Below, piece after piece: positions 1 through 8,565 of a DNA stretch of 64,000 bases. The stretch lies in contig JABJBP010000007.1 of assembly GCA_018665815.1 (NCBI GenBank), forward strand, positions 857 to 64,856, given 5' to 3'. The stretch's first letter is position 1, and each line of letters opens with the position of its first letter. The notes beneath the pieces were generated by a model, which was not told where the DNA came from, made no database searches, and saw only the letters and a list, made by a program, of their open reading frames with translations. The position numbers and the translations under genes were made by a program. Source of the DNA: Rhodospirillaceae bacterium. GTDB taxonomy: Bacteria; Pseudomonadota; Alphaproteobacteria; Rhodospirillales; Casp-alpha2.

Positions 1-786
1 GGGTGCCCCCAAGCGGCCAAAACCAGTGATGACCTCATCGAACACAAGTAAAATGCCATGCTCATCGCAAATTTCGCGGAGCCGATTGAGGTATCCTTTC
101 GGCGGAACCAGCACGCCTGTCGAACCGGCGATGGGCTCAACAAAGACCGCAGCGATGGTTGAGCCGCCGTAGGTTTCACAGAACCGTGCCAAATCATCCG
201 CAAGCTCAACACCGGATTCGGGTTGGCCACGTACGAACAATTCATCCGGATTCCATGTATGACGCATACAGACGACATTCGGCATGACGCTGGTAAAGGT
301 CTCGCGATTTTTGACCATGCCGGCCAAAGAAACGCCGCCGATGTTAACGCCGTGGTAGGCGCGTTCGCGTGAAACAAATCGCGTTCGGTGTCCGTCGCCA
401 CGTGCCCGGTGGTAAGCCATGCACATCTTCAGCGCTGTATCGATCGATTCCGAGCCGGAATTGACGAAGAACACATGGTTGATCGGATCGGGCGTAATCC
501 GCGCAACCTTCTGTGCCAATTCGAAGGTGCCTGGTGTCGACGTCTGAAAGGGCGACGCATAGTCATTGTTGAGGAGTTGCTGGTAGACCGCCTCGGCGAT
601 CTCCTTGCGGCCATGGCCCAGCGGACAACAGAACAGCCCCGAAGACCCATCCAAAATTGTGCCACCCTTATGATCCGTCAGATAAACGCCTTCACCTTTG
701 ACGATGATCCTGGGGCTTTCCTTGAAGTCGCGGTTGCCGGTGAACGGCATCCAATGTTGTTCCAATGAATTGGCCGTGAACTGCAT
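1..786 (-). CDS. tpa: Class III (omega) PLP aminotransferase, C-terminus cut by the window edge; probable taurine--pyruvate aminotransferase
   Basis: Absent from the ORF track because it runs off the window. My reverse translation from ATG at 786 reads MQFTANSLEQHWMPFTGNRDFKE...AYHGVNIGGVSLAG...AAVFVEPIAGSTGVLVPPKGYL...LLVFDEVITGFGRLGAP, open to position 1. DEVITGFGR is a typical class III aminotransferase motif. The gene is divergent from a MocR/TauR-type regulator and adjacent to ald-xsc-pta. Confidence 0.75.
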   Translation of the reverse strand, partial: MQFTANSLEQHWMPFTGNRDFKESPRIIVKGEGVYLTDHKGGTILDGSSGLFCCPLGHGRKEIAEAVYQQLLNNDYASPFQTSTPGTFELAQKVARITPDPINHVFFVNSGSESIDTALKMCMAYHRARGDGHRTRFVSRERAYHGVNIGGVSLAGMVKNRETFTSVMPNVVCMRHTWNPDELFVRGQPESGVELADDLARFCETYGGSTIAAVFVEPIAGSTGVLVPPKGYLNRLREICDEHGILLVFDEVITGFGRLGAP

Positions 787-821
787 AGTGCTTTCCTCCC
801 TGACCTCGGAATTGGATGGGC

Positions 822-837
822 ATCAAATGCATTTGAT
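822..837. promoter_or_regulatory. Perfect 16-bp palindrome ATCAAATGCATTTGAT in the tpa/tauR divergent spacer; candidate operator
   Basis: Read directly from the sequence; it is its own reverse complement. It lies 36 nt upstream of the tpa ATG. A second small inverted repeat, ACCGAC-cgg-GTCGGT, sits at 845-859. Confidence 0.3.
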
Positions 838-968
838 CGCCACTACCGACCGGGTCGGTTAAACTTTATAGGCCGCCCCACGCAAAGCCCCCCAGCTTTA
901 CGCAACGCAATATTAAACGTAGTCTGCTTTATTGGCTCCATCGTAGGGCCAATTGACCGAATAACGGT

Positions 969-2456
969 GTGCCAGGGACCATGCGCGACAGTCTTTTTCA
1001 TTTGCGCCGCGCCGAAAATGCCAGCCTTCAATCGCAAATCCGCGAGATGCTGGTCTCCTCCATCCTCGAAGGCCGCATCCCGTCGGGTGAACCTCTGCCA
1101 TCAAGCCGCCGCATGGCTCAAATACTAGGCGTTTCGCGCAATACCATCGTTCTTACCTATCAAGGACTGGTAGATGATGGATATCTGACGGCGCGCGAAC
1201 GAAGCGGATTTTATGTGGATCCGACCATTCTCGATGGTCGCGCCCCATCTGGCCCACGGATTGAACAGGAATCATTGGACCGCCCGGCATGGCCTGAGCG
1301 CTTCAGAGTCCGGCCATCTTTGCAGGAAAATATCGTGAAACCGCTGGACTGGCGCGCCTACCGGTTCCCGTTCATTTATGGACAAGTCGATCAAGAGTTG
1401 TTCCCCATCGGTGCCTGGCGGGAGTGCTCGCGCCAAGCGCTAGGTCGAAAGGGCATGGATGCCTGGACCAGCGACGCCCGTGAAAACGACGACCCGATGC
1501 TCGTTGAGCAAATCCGCACCCGTCTTTTGCCGCGCCGGGGCATCTATGCCGACACCAACGAAATCCTCATCACGCTCGGTGCTCAAAACGCACTTTACAT
1601 ACTCGCCAGCCTGCTGATGAGCGCCGAGACGACAGTTGCCATGGAGGAACCAGGGTACCCGGACGCACGAAACATCATCGCGTTGAAGACGGGACAAATG
1701 AAATTGCTGCCTGTCGATGATCGGGGTTTGCCCGTGGATTTCCGGCTGCATGACGTCAATTATGTCTACACGACACCAAGCCATCAATTTCCATCAACGG
1801 CGACAATGCCCTTGGAACGTCGGCAAGAATTGCTGAAGTATGCTGCTGAGCATGACTTCGTCATTATTGAAGATGACTACGAGGCCGAAACCAATTATGT
1901 CAGCGATCCGACGCCGGCCCTGAAAACGTTGGATACGGATGGCCGCGTCATCTACGTCGGTAGCTTCTCGAAATCACTGTTTCCCGGTTTGCGATTGGGT
2001 TATCTGGTCGCGCCGGCCGAACTGATTGCCGAGGCACGGGCGCTGCGTCGCCTAATGCTGCGCCATGCCCCCACCAACAATCAAAGAACCGCTGCATTGT
2101 TCTTATCGCTTGGCCACCACGATACGTTGGTCCATCGCCTGCAGCGCGTATACCGGGAACGGTGGCAGGAAATGGGCGCCGCGTTAAAAAAATATTTCCC
2201 GGATTCGACACGTATGCCGACATTTGGCGGGACGAGTATCTGGCTTCGGATTCCGGAAAGCATCAACGCCGTCGAACTGAGCCGCGCGGCGGAAGCCGAA
2301 GGCGTTCTCATTGAGCCCGGCACGGTCCATTTCGGATCAGAAAACCCGCCTCAGAACTTCCTGCGATTGGGATTTTCATCGATCCCGACGGACCGTATCG
2401 GCCCCGGTATCCACAAGCTTGCCGAAATCATCGATAAACATCAGCGTAGTGCTTGA
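969..2456 (+). CDS. tauR: MocR-subfamily GntR regulator (winged HTH plus aminotransferase-like domain), TauR-like
   Basis: The N-terminal GntR HTH reads PLPSSRRMAQILGVSRNTIVLTYQGLVDDGYL. The C-terminal fold-type-I aminotransferase-like domain has the SFSKSLFPGLRLGY (PLP-Lys) motif. Position is divergent from tpa and upstream of ald-xsc. An alternative start is ATG 981. Confidence 0.8.
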   Translation: MPGTMRDSLFHLRRAENASLQSQIREMLVSSILEGRIPSGEPLPSSRRMAQILGVSRNTIVLTYQGLVDDGYLTARERSGFYVDPTILDGRAPSGPRIEQESLDRPAWPERFRVRPSLQENIVKPLDWRAYRFPFIYGQVDQELFPIGAWRECSRQALGRKGMDAWTSDARENDDPMLVEQIRTRLLPRRGIYADTNEILITLGAQNALYILASLLMSAETTVAMEEPGYPDARNIIALKTGQMKLLPVDDRGLPVDFRLHDVNYVYTTPSHQFPSTATMPLERRQELLKYAAEHDFVIIEDDYEAETNYVSDPTPALKTLDTDGRVIYVGSFSKSLFPGLRLGYLVAPAELIAEARALRRLMLRHAPTNNQRTAALFLSLGHHDTLVHRLQRVYRERWQEMGAALKKYFPDSTRMPTFGGTSIWLRIPESINAVELSRAAEAEGVLIEPGTVHFGSENPPQNFLRLGFSSIPTDRIGPGIHKLAEIIDKHQRSA

Positions 2457-2619
2457 TTGAGCAGCCCAACCCTGGCCCGGTGAAATCTGACAATCTGGTT
2501 CTACCGGGGCACCAGCCAACACCCTAGACCAATGAGTACGACACTGGCGCCAACGGGAGGGGCCCGTGCCATATTCATTTGATTAAAGAAACAACCACAA
2601 ACGCCGAGGAGTGACAGCA

Positions 2620-3738
2620 ATGCTGATCGGGGTTCCCAAGGAGATAAAAAATCACGAGTACCGGGTCGGCATGACGCCCACCAGTGTTCGCGAAGCCGTT
2701 CACCATGGCCACAAGGTCATCGTCGAAACCAGTGCCGGTACTGGTATTGGATCGAGCGATGACGATTATATCGCTGCCGGTGCGGAGATCATCGGCAGCG
2801 CCGAAGACGTGTTCGCCCGGGCGGATATGATCGTCAAAGTCAAAGAACCGCAAGCCGTCGAACGCAAGATGTTGCGTGAAGGCCAGATCCTGTTCACCTA
2901 TCTGCATCTGGCGCCGGACCCTGAACAAACCAAGGACTTGGTTGATAGTGGCGCGGTGTGCATCGCCTATGAAACCGTCACCGATGTCAATCGGGGGCTG
3001 CCGTTATTGGCGCCCATGTCCCAGGTTGCCGGCCGCATGTCGATCCAGGCCGGCGCCCATTGCCTGGAAAAGGAAGCCGGTGGGCGCGGTGTGTTGCTGG
3101 GCGGTGTCCCGGGTGTCGCACCGGCCAAGGTGGTGATCATCGGCGGCGGTGTCGTTGGCGAGAACGCTGCTTACATGGCCGTCGGTCTTGGTGCCGATGT
3201 GACAATCCTGGACCGCAATGTTGATACCATGCGGTCTCTTGTCGTTCGGTTTGGTCAATCCATCAAGACGCTTTATTCGACGGCTCTGGCGATCGAGGAA
3301 CAAGTTCTGGAAGCCGATCTCGTTATTGGCGGGGTTTTGGTGCCCGGTGCTGCGGCGCCGAAATTGGTGACCAGGGAGCATATCTCGGCAATGCGCGCCG
3401 GCTCGGTGCTGGTTGACGTCGCCATCGACCAAGGCGGCTGCTTCGAGACATCGAAGGCAACCACCCATTCGGATCCGACCTATATTATCGATGAGGTCGT
3501 CCACTATTGCGTCGCCAACATGCCCGGCGCCGTGGCCCGCACATCGACCTACGCGCTCAACAACGTCACCTTGCCGTTCATCTTGGCGATTGCTGACAAG
3601 GGCTACAAACAAGCCCTACTTGATGACGCCCACCTGCTCGCCGGCCTCAGCGTCCTGGAAGGAAAAGTGACCTACGAAGCCGTGGCACGGGATCTTGGCT
3701 ACGATTACCACGATCCGAAGGATACGCTGAGCGCCTAA
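2620..3738 (+). CDS. ald: L-alanine dehydrogenase
   Basis: Canonical AlaDH N-terminus [20 protein letters not shown] and Rossmann segment [14 protein letters not shown]. Length is about 372 aa from ATG 2620 (the ORF opens at 2611). Confidence 0.93.
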   Translation: MLIGVPKEIKNHEYRVGMTPTSVREAVHHGHKVIVETSAGTGIGSSDDDYIAAGAEIIGSAEDVFARADMIVKVKEPQAVERKMLREGQILFTYLHLAPDPEQTKDLVDSGAVCIAYETVTDVNRGLPLLAPMSQVAGRMSIQAGAHCLEKEAGGRGVLLGGVPGVAPAKVVIIGGGVVGENAAYMAVGLGADVTILDRNVDTMRSLVVRFGQSIKTLYSTALAIEEQVLEADLVIGGVLVPGAAAPKLVTREHISAMRAGSVLVDVAIDQGGCFETSKATTHSDPTYIIDEVVHYCVANMPGAVARTSTYALNNVTLPFILAIADKGYKQALLDDAHLLAGLSVLEGKVTYEAVARDLGYDYHDPKDTLSA

Positions 3739-3746
3739 TAACAGAT

Positions 3747-3805
3747 TGAGACGAATTGCCCTTTGAAAATCAGCAATATTTCATTTATCAGGACAATTCG
3801 TCTCA
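3747..3805. promoter_or_regulatory. Perfect 12-bp inverted repeat TGAGACGAATTG / CAATTCGTCTCA (35-nt spacer) just after the ald stop and upstream of xsc
   Basis: Read directly: 3747-3758 and 3794-3805 are exact reverse complements. The AT-rich 200-bp spacer also holds TCTCA-ttat-TGAGA (3881-3894) and a TTGACA hexamer at 3821-3826. Confidence 0.3.
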
Positions 3806-3938
3806 TATTTTAAATGTATCTTGACAAATGATAAGGCTTATGGTTTTTATCATTAATGTCCCATTACACGAGATTTTAAGTCTCATTATTGAGATAATAA
3901 AAAATTAAACCCCGTTTGACAGTGAAGGAACCACGATC

Positions 3939-5717
3939 ATGAAGATGACAACCGAAGAGGCCTTTGTGAAGGTCCTCCAAATGCACGGTATCGAACACGG
4001 ATTTGGAATTATCGGATCGGCGATGATGCCGATCTCGGATATTTTTCCGGCCGCTGGCATCACATTCTGGGATTGCGCCCATGAAATTAACGCCGGGATG
4101 ATGGCCGACGGCTACACCCGTTCAACCGGTAAGATGGCCATGGCCATTGCCCAGAACGGCCCCGGCATCACCGGTCTGGTGACGCCCATTAAAACCGCTT
4201 ATTGGAACCACACCCCGATGCTGTTGGTGACCCCGCAGGCCGCCAACAAAACCATGGGCCAAGGCGGGTTCCAGGAAATCGAGCAGATGAACCTGTTCGC
4301 CGACATGGTCTGCTACCAAGAAGAAGTCCGCGCCGCGCACCGTATTCCAGAAGTTCTGAACCGCGTGATCGAAAAAGCCATCCGTGGCTCCGCCCCGGCA
4401 CAGATTAACGTGCCCCGTGATTTCTGGACCCAGGTCATTGATGTTGAACTGCCGCAGATCGTCCGCCTGGAGCGGCCGTCCGGCGGCGCCGCAGCAATTT
4501 CCGAAGCTGCCAAGTTGCTGTCCGGCGCAAAATTCCCGGTCATCCTGTCCGGTGCCGGCGTCGTCATCGGCGGCGCGATCCCTGATTGCATCGCATTGGC
4601 GGAGCGTCTCGACTCGCCCGTCTGTAGCGGCTACCAGCATAATGACAGCTTCCCCGGCAGCCACCCCCTGGCCGCCGGCCCCTTGGGCTACAACGGCTCA
4701 AAGGCCGCCATGGAATTGATCGCCAAGGCCGACGTCGTATTGGCCTTGGGCACGCGCCTCAATCCGTTCTCGACATTGCCCGGCTATGGCATCGACTACT
4801 GGCCGAAAGATGCGGCGATCATCCAGGTCGACATCAACTCCGACCGCATCGGCCTGACCAAGGACGTGACGGTTGCTATCTGCGGTGACGCCAAATTGGT
4901 CGCCCAGCAAATCCTTGATCAGCTCTCCGCGGATGCCGGCAACGCCGGCCGCGAGGATCGCAAAGCCACCATCCATCAGGCGAAATCGGCTTGGTTGCAG
5001 ACTCTTTCGAGCCTCGATCACGAAGAAGATGATGAAGGCACCACCTGGAACGCCGATTGTGTGACCCGCGAGCCCGAACACATGACGCCTCGCCAGGCCT
5101 GGCGCGCCATTCAAGGCGGCTTGCCGAAGGATGCCATCATCTCGTCGGATATCGGCAACAACTGTGCCATCGGGAACGCCTACCCGACCTTCGAGAAGGG
5201 CCGAAAGTACCTGGCACCGGGCTTGTTCGGTCCTTGTGGCTATGGTTTCCCGTCGATCATCGGCGCGAAAATCGGCTGCCCGGACACACCGGTCATCGGC
5301 TTCGCCGGCGACGGCGCCTTCGGCATCTCGATGAACGAAATGACCTCCATCGGCCGTGACGACTGGCCGGCGATTACCATGGTCATTTTCCGTAACTACC
5401 AGTGGGGCGCTGAAAAACGCAACACGATCCTCTGGTACCACGACAACTTCGTCGGCACTGAGCTCAACCCCAATCTGAGCTATGCTAAAGTTGCCGACGG
5501 TTGCGGCCTCAAGGGTGTCACGGTCCGCACCCAGGCCGAGCTGACGAGCGCTTTGAAAGCCGGTGTCGAAGCTCAGATGAACGGCGAAACCACCTTCATT
5601 GAGGTGATCCTCAATCAAGAACTGGGTGAGCCGTTCCGTCGCGATGCGATGACCACCCCGGTCGCCGTCGCCGGCATCAGCGCCGACGACATGCGGCCTC
5701 AAAAATCAGCCGTCTAA
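3939..5717 (+). CDS. xsc: Sulfoacetaldehyde acetyltransferase (ThDP-dependent)
   Basis: 592 aa. The N-terminus MKMTTEEAFVKVLQMHGIEHGFGIIGSAMMPISD matches my recollection of Xsc. ThDP-binding motif GFAGDGAFGISMNE is present. Context is tpa/tauR/ald upstream and pta downstream. Confidence 0.88.
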   Translation: MKMTTEEAFVKVLQMHGIEHGFGIIGSAMMPISDIFPAAGITFWDCAHEINAGMMADGYTRSTGKMAMAIAQNGPGITGLVTPIKTAYWNHTPMLLVTPQAANKTMGQGGFQEIEQMNLFADMVCYQEEVRAAHRIPEVLNRVIEKAIRGSAPAQINVPRDFWTQVIDVELPQIVRLERPSGGAAAISEAAKLLSGAKFPVILSGAGVVIGGAIPDCIALAERLDSPVCSGYQHNDSFPGSHPLAAGPLGYNGSKAAMELIAKADVVLALGTRLNPFSTLPGYGIDYWPKDAAIIQVDINSDRIGLTKDVTVAICGDAKLVAQQILDQLSADAGNAGREDRKATIHQAKSAWLQTLSSLDHEEDDEGTTWNADCVTREPEHMTPRQAWRAIQGGLPKDAIISSDIGNNCAIGNAYPTFEKGRKYLAPGLFGPCGYGFPSIIGAKIGCPDTPVIGFAGDGAFGISMNEMTSIGRDDWPAITMVIFRNYQWGAEKRNTILWYHDNFVGTELNPNLSYAKVADGCGLKGVTVRTQAELTSALKAGVEAQMNGETTFIEVILNQELGEPFRRDAMTTPVAVAGISADDMRPQKSAV

Positions 5718-5729
5718 ACGGAACTTTGC

Positions 5730-5775
5730 GAGAGGAGCCGATACGTTTATCGGCTCCTCTCCAACCGTTTTAAAT
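5730..5775 (+). terminator. Rho-independent terminator-like hairpin between xsc and pta
   Basis: A 14-bp perfect stem GAGAGGAGCCGATA (5730-5743) pairs with TATCGGCTCCTCTC (5748-5761), with loop CGTT, followed by CAACCGTTTTAAA. Confidence 0.7.
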
Positions 5776-5832
5776 CACGCCGTTCCCAGGCTTTTCATCC
5801 AGGATCAAAGCGACCGAAAGGAATACCCAGTC

Positions 5833-6756
5833 ATGCTGAGCACAACTCCTTTCGAAGTCCCGCCCTATTTGCTTGAATTCGCAAAAGGCAATCCGCCCGT
5901 CCGCATGGCCGTCGCCGGCGCCGACAACGCGGTCGCCCTGGAAAGCGCCAAACAAGCCACTGACGCCGGGCTCATTGAACCGGTCCTGGTCGGCGACAGC
6001 AGCACCATCAAATCTCTCGCTGAAACGCTGAGCTGGGATATTTCCAACATCGAAATCATCAACACCGCCGGCGATGACAGCGCATCCGCCGCCGCCGTGA
6101 AGCTGGCCCATGACGGCGACGCCACCGCCTTGATGAAAGGCCACGTCCACACCGACGCCCTGATGAAAGCCGTCGTCAACAAGCAAACCGGGCTGCGTAT
6201 CGGTCGGCGCCTCAGTCACATCTTCCACATGACCATTCCAGGCCGCGACCGCGTCCTGATGATCACCGACGGGGCAGTGAATGTGGCCCCCGACGAAGAG
6301 ACCCTGATGCACATCACCCGCAACGCCGTCGATTTAGCGCATGCGTTAGGCAACACTGAGCCGAAGGTCGCGCTGTTATCGGGCACCGAGTCGGTCATTG
6401 CCTCCATGCCGTCGAGCGTTACGGCTGCCGAGGTCGTCAAACGCGCCAAATCGGGCGAGGTTGAAGGCGCCCATGTCGAGGGCCCCTTCGCGTTCGATAA
6501 CGCCGTCTCTCCCGATGCTGCAAAACTCAAAGGCATCGACAATGCGGTCGCCGGCAACGCCGACATCTTAGTCGTCCCCAACATTGAGACCGGCAACGCG
6601 CTGTTCAAGATGATGGTCTACTTCATGAGCGGCCTGGCCGCCGGCATCGTGCTCGGCGCGAAAGTCCCCATCGTTCTGACATCCCGCGCCGACCCGCCCG
6701 AAGCGCGTTTAGCGGCGGCCGCCATCGCGGCGATTGTGGCGCACAGAAAATCGTAA
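5833..6756 (+). CDS. pta: Phosphate acetyltransferase (short phosphate acetyl/butyryl-transferase type)
   Basis: 307 aa with Pta-family signatures (ALMKGHVHTD, VVPNIETGNALFK, PIVLTSRADP). Lies immediately downstream of xsc. Confidence 0.85.
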   Translation: MLSTTPFEVPPYLLEFAKGNPPVRMAVAGADNAVALESAKQATDAGLIEPVLVGDSSTIKSLAETLSWDISNIEIINTAGDDSASAAAVKLAHDGDATALMKGHVHTDALMKAVVNKQTGLRIGRRLSHIFHMTIPGRDRVLMITDGAVNVAPDEETLMHITRNAVDLAHALGNTEPKVALLSGTESVIASMPSSVTAAEVVKRAKSGEVEGAHVEGPFAFDNAVSPDAAKLKGIDNAVAGNADILVVPNIETGNALFKMMVYFMSGLAAGIVLGAKVPIVLTSRADPPEARLAAAAIAAIVAHRKS

Positions 6757-6994
6757 GTTTAGTCTCTAGCGGGACCGAAATCACCTGCCCTTGGGCTCCC
6801 TATTCTCAATATCCATTAGCGTGCTTCCCTCTCCCTAAAAAGCTCGTTATTTTACTTTAGCCTGCGGCTAAGTTGCGAAGGCTCGTTAAAACAATGTCTC
6901 CTGTCAAACACATAGTGAAAAGTCATTCATATCTCAATGTATGCTAGAAGATGACGACATCTGAGATGGGCGCATTCACATGAGGAGATCGACA

Positions 6995-7588
6995 ATGGAA
7001 TTCTATCACGAAGGGATGCGCGAACTGCAGGACCGCTATGAAGGCCGCGACGTGCCCGACCGGTTGGCCGACAACCGCATGCGCCGAGCGTTCAACGCGG
7101 AAGACCGCGAATGCATCGAGACGTCGCCGTTCTTTTTTCTGTCCACGGCGGCGGACGAAAGCGTCGATAGCTCGTTCAAGGGGGGTGAGCCTGGGTTCGT
7201 TCGTGTGACCGGCGACAACACGCTCGCCTGGCCCGATTACGATGGCAACAGGATGTACCGGAGCCTCGGCAACATTCTCCGCAATCCACGCGTCGGTCTG
7301 TTATTCGTCCGCTTCGACGGCAAGACCTTCAATAATGCCGGGCGGCTTCGCATCAACGGCCACGCGCAAATCGACGACCGTCCGGAGGCCATCGAAGGCT
7401 TGCCCGGCGCCAAACGCATGATCCGCGTACGCGCGGAATACATCTACACGAATTGTCCGAGGTACATCCCAAAACTGGCAACGGAAAAGTCTTCCGTATA
7501 CTCACCGCGCGAAAACTATTCCCCGCCCGACCCGGATTGGAAATCCATGCCGTTCGTCAAAGACGTGTTCGACAAGGAACGTGAATAA
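6995..7588 (+). CDS. Pyridoxamine 5'-phosphate oxidase-like FMN-binding family protein
   Basis: SPFFFLSTAADESVDSSFKGGEPGFVRV...GNRMYRSLGNILRNPRVGLLF is typical of the split-barrel PNPOx-related family. ATG 6995 is preceded by GAGGAG; the ORF opens at 6980. Confidence 0.65.
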   Translation: MEFYHEGMRELQDRYEGRDVPDRLADNRMRRAFNAEDRECIETSPFFFLSTAADESVDSSFKGGEPGFVRVTGDNTLAWPDYDGNRMYRSLGNILRNPRVGLLFVRFDGKTFNNAGRLRINGHAQIDDRPEAIEGLPGAKRMIRVRAEYIYTNCPRYIPKLATEKSSVYSPRENYSPPDPDWKSMPFVKDVFDKERE

Positions 7589-7603
7589 GTCCGGACCTAG
7601 CGC

Positions 7604-8482
7604 TCAGGAAATTTGTTTTTCGCGCATCATCGCGTAGATTGCGGTCCAGTCTTCGGCGCCGCGTCCCGCGCTTTGGGCGTCGGCATAAACCGTGTCGGCG
7701 TTTTCAGCCAGGGCCAAGGGCACGCCGGTTTTTTCTGCCATTTCGATGGCGATCCCCAGATCCTTTCGCGCCAAATCGATCATGAACGCCGGCGTCAGGT
7801 CATCTTTTAGGACTTTCGCCGGATACGTCGTCGACATATGCCCAAGCCCCGCCGCGGTGCCGCTCATCACCTCAATCGCCAGATCGCGGTCAAGTCCGGT
7901 GGCTTCGCCGAGCGTCAGCACCTCTGCCGTCAACACGTTGAGGACGGTGGTCATCAAGTTGTTGGTGATCTTCATACGGGACCCCATGCCGGGGCCGCCG
8001 CAATCGATGATCAAGTCGCCCATGCACTCAAGGACCGGCCGCACCTCTTCAATATCGGCACTATCCCCGCCCGCCATGATCAGCAACGTGCCGGTTTCTG
8101 CTTGGACTGAGGTGCGCCCCACCGGCGCGTCGATCATGCGTACGTCATGGGCTTTGAGGCCGTCTCTGATGTCATCCGTATCAGACGGGTGAATGGTCGA
8201 CATATCAATGACGATGGCGCCGGCATCAATGTTCTCAACCGCGCCCGGCGGACCCAGCAAGACTGTCTGCACGACGGCGCCGATGGGCAGCATGGTGATG
8301 ATAATTTTTGCACCCCGGACTGCTTCGGTTGCCGACGGTGCGGACACGCCACCATTGGCGACGTGCTGTTCCATTGCCGCTTCCGACGTGTCGAAACCTA
8401 CAACCGTGTGGCCGCCCTCAACAATATTGCGCGCCATGGCTATTCCCATGGCGCCCAATCCGATAAATGCGACGTCTGTCAT
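7604..8482 (-). CDS. Beta-hydroxyacid dehydrogenase family (3-hydroxyisobutyrate / tartronate-semialdehyde reductase-like)
   Basis: MTDVAFIGLGAMGIAMARNI Rossmann N-terminus; roughly 290 aa; DAPVGRT and NNLM motifs. The ORF opens at GTG 8494, and ATG 8482 has an AGGTGGA upstream. Confidence 0.85.
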   Translation of the reverse strand: MTDVAFIGLGAMGIAMARNIVEGGHTVVGFDTSEAAMEQHVANGGVSAPSATEAVRGAKIIITMLPIGAVVQTVLLGPPGAVENIDAGAIVIDMSTIHPSDTDDIRDGLKAHDVRMIDAPVGRTSVQAETGTLLIMAGGDSADIEEVRPVLECMGDLIIDCGGPGMGSRMKITNNLMTTVLNVLTAEVLTLGEATGLDRDLAIEVMSGTAAGLGHMSTTYPAKVLKDDLTPAFMIDLARKDLGIAIEMAEKTGVPLALAENADTVYADAQSAGRGAEDWTAIYAMMREKQIS

Positions 8483-8565
8483 TTTTACTTCCACCTGTTG
8501 TGATGATCGGCGGAAAATTCATTCGCCGGTTCTGGATATATCGTGATGCGATTTCAAGGTCAGCG

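Noticed and set aside
4698-5702. 334-aa minus-strand ORF inside xsc (and the other ORFs overlapping xsc at 4122-4664, 4384-4719 and 5057-5359)
   Set aside because: These are shadow ORFs typical of GC-rich DNA. Their composition is Arg/Gly/Asp/Ala-rich with no recognisable motifs, whereas the plus-strand frame carries a full-length ThDP-enzyme signature.
6857-6871. Short hairpin TTAGCC-tgc-GGCTAA downstream of pta
   Set aside because: The stem is 6 bp with no T-tract, which is too weak to call a terminator.
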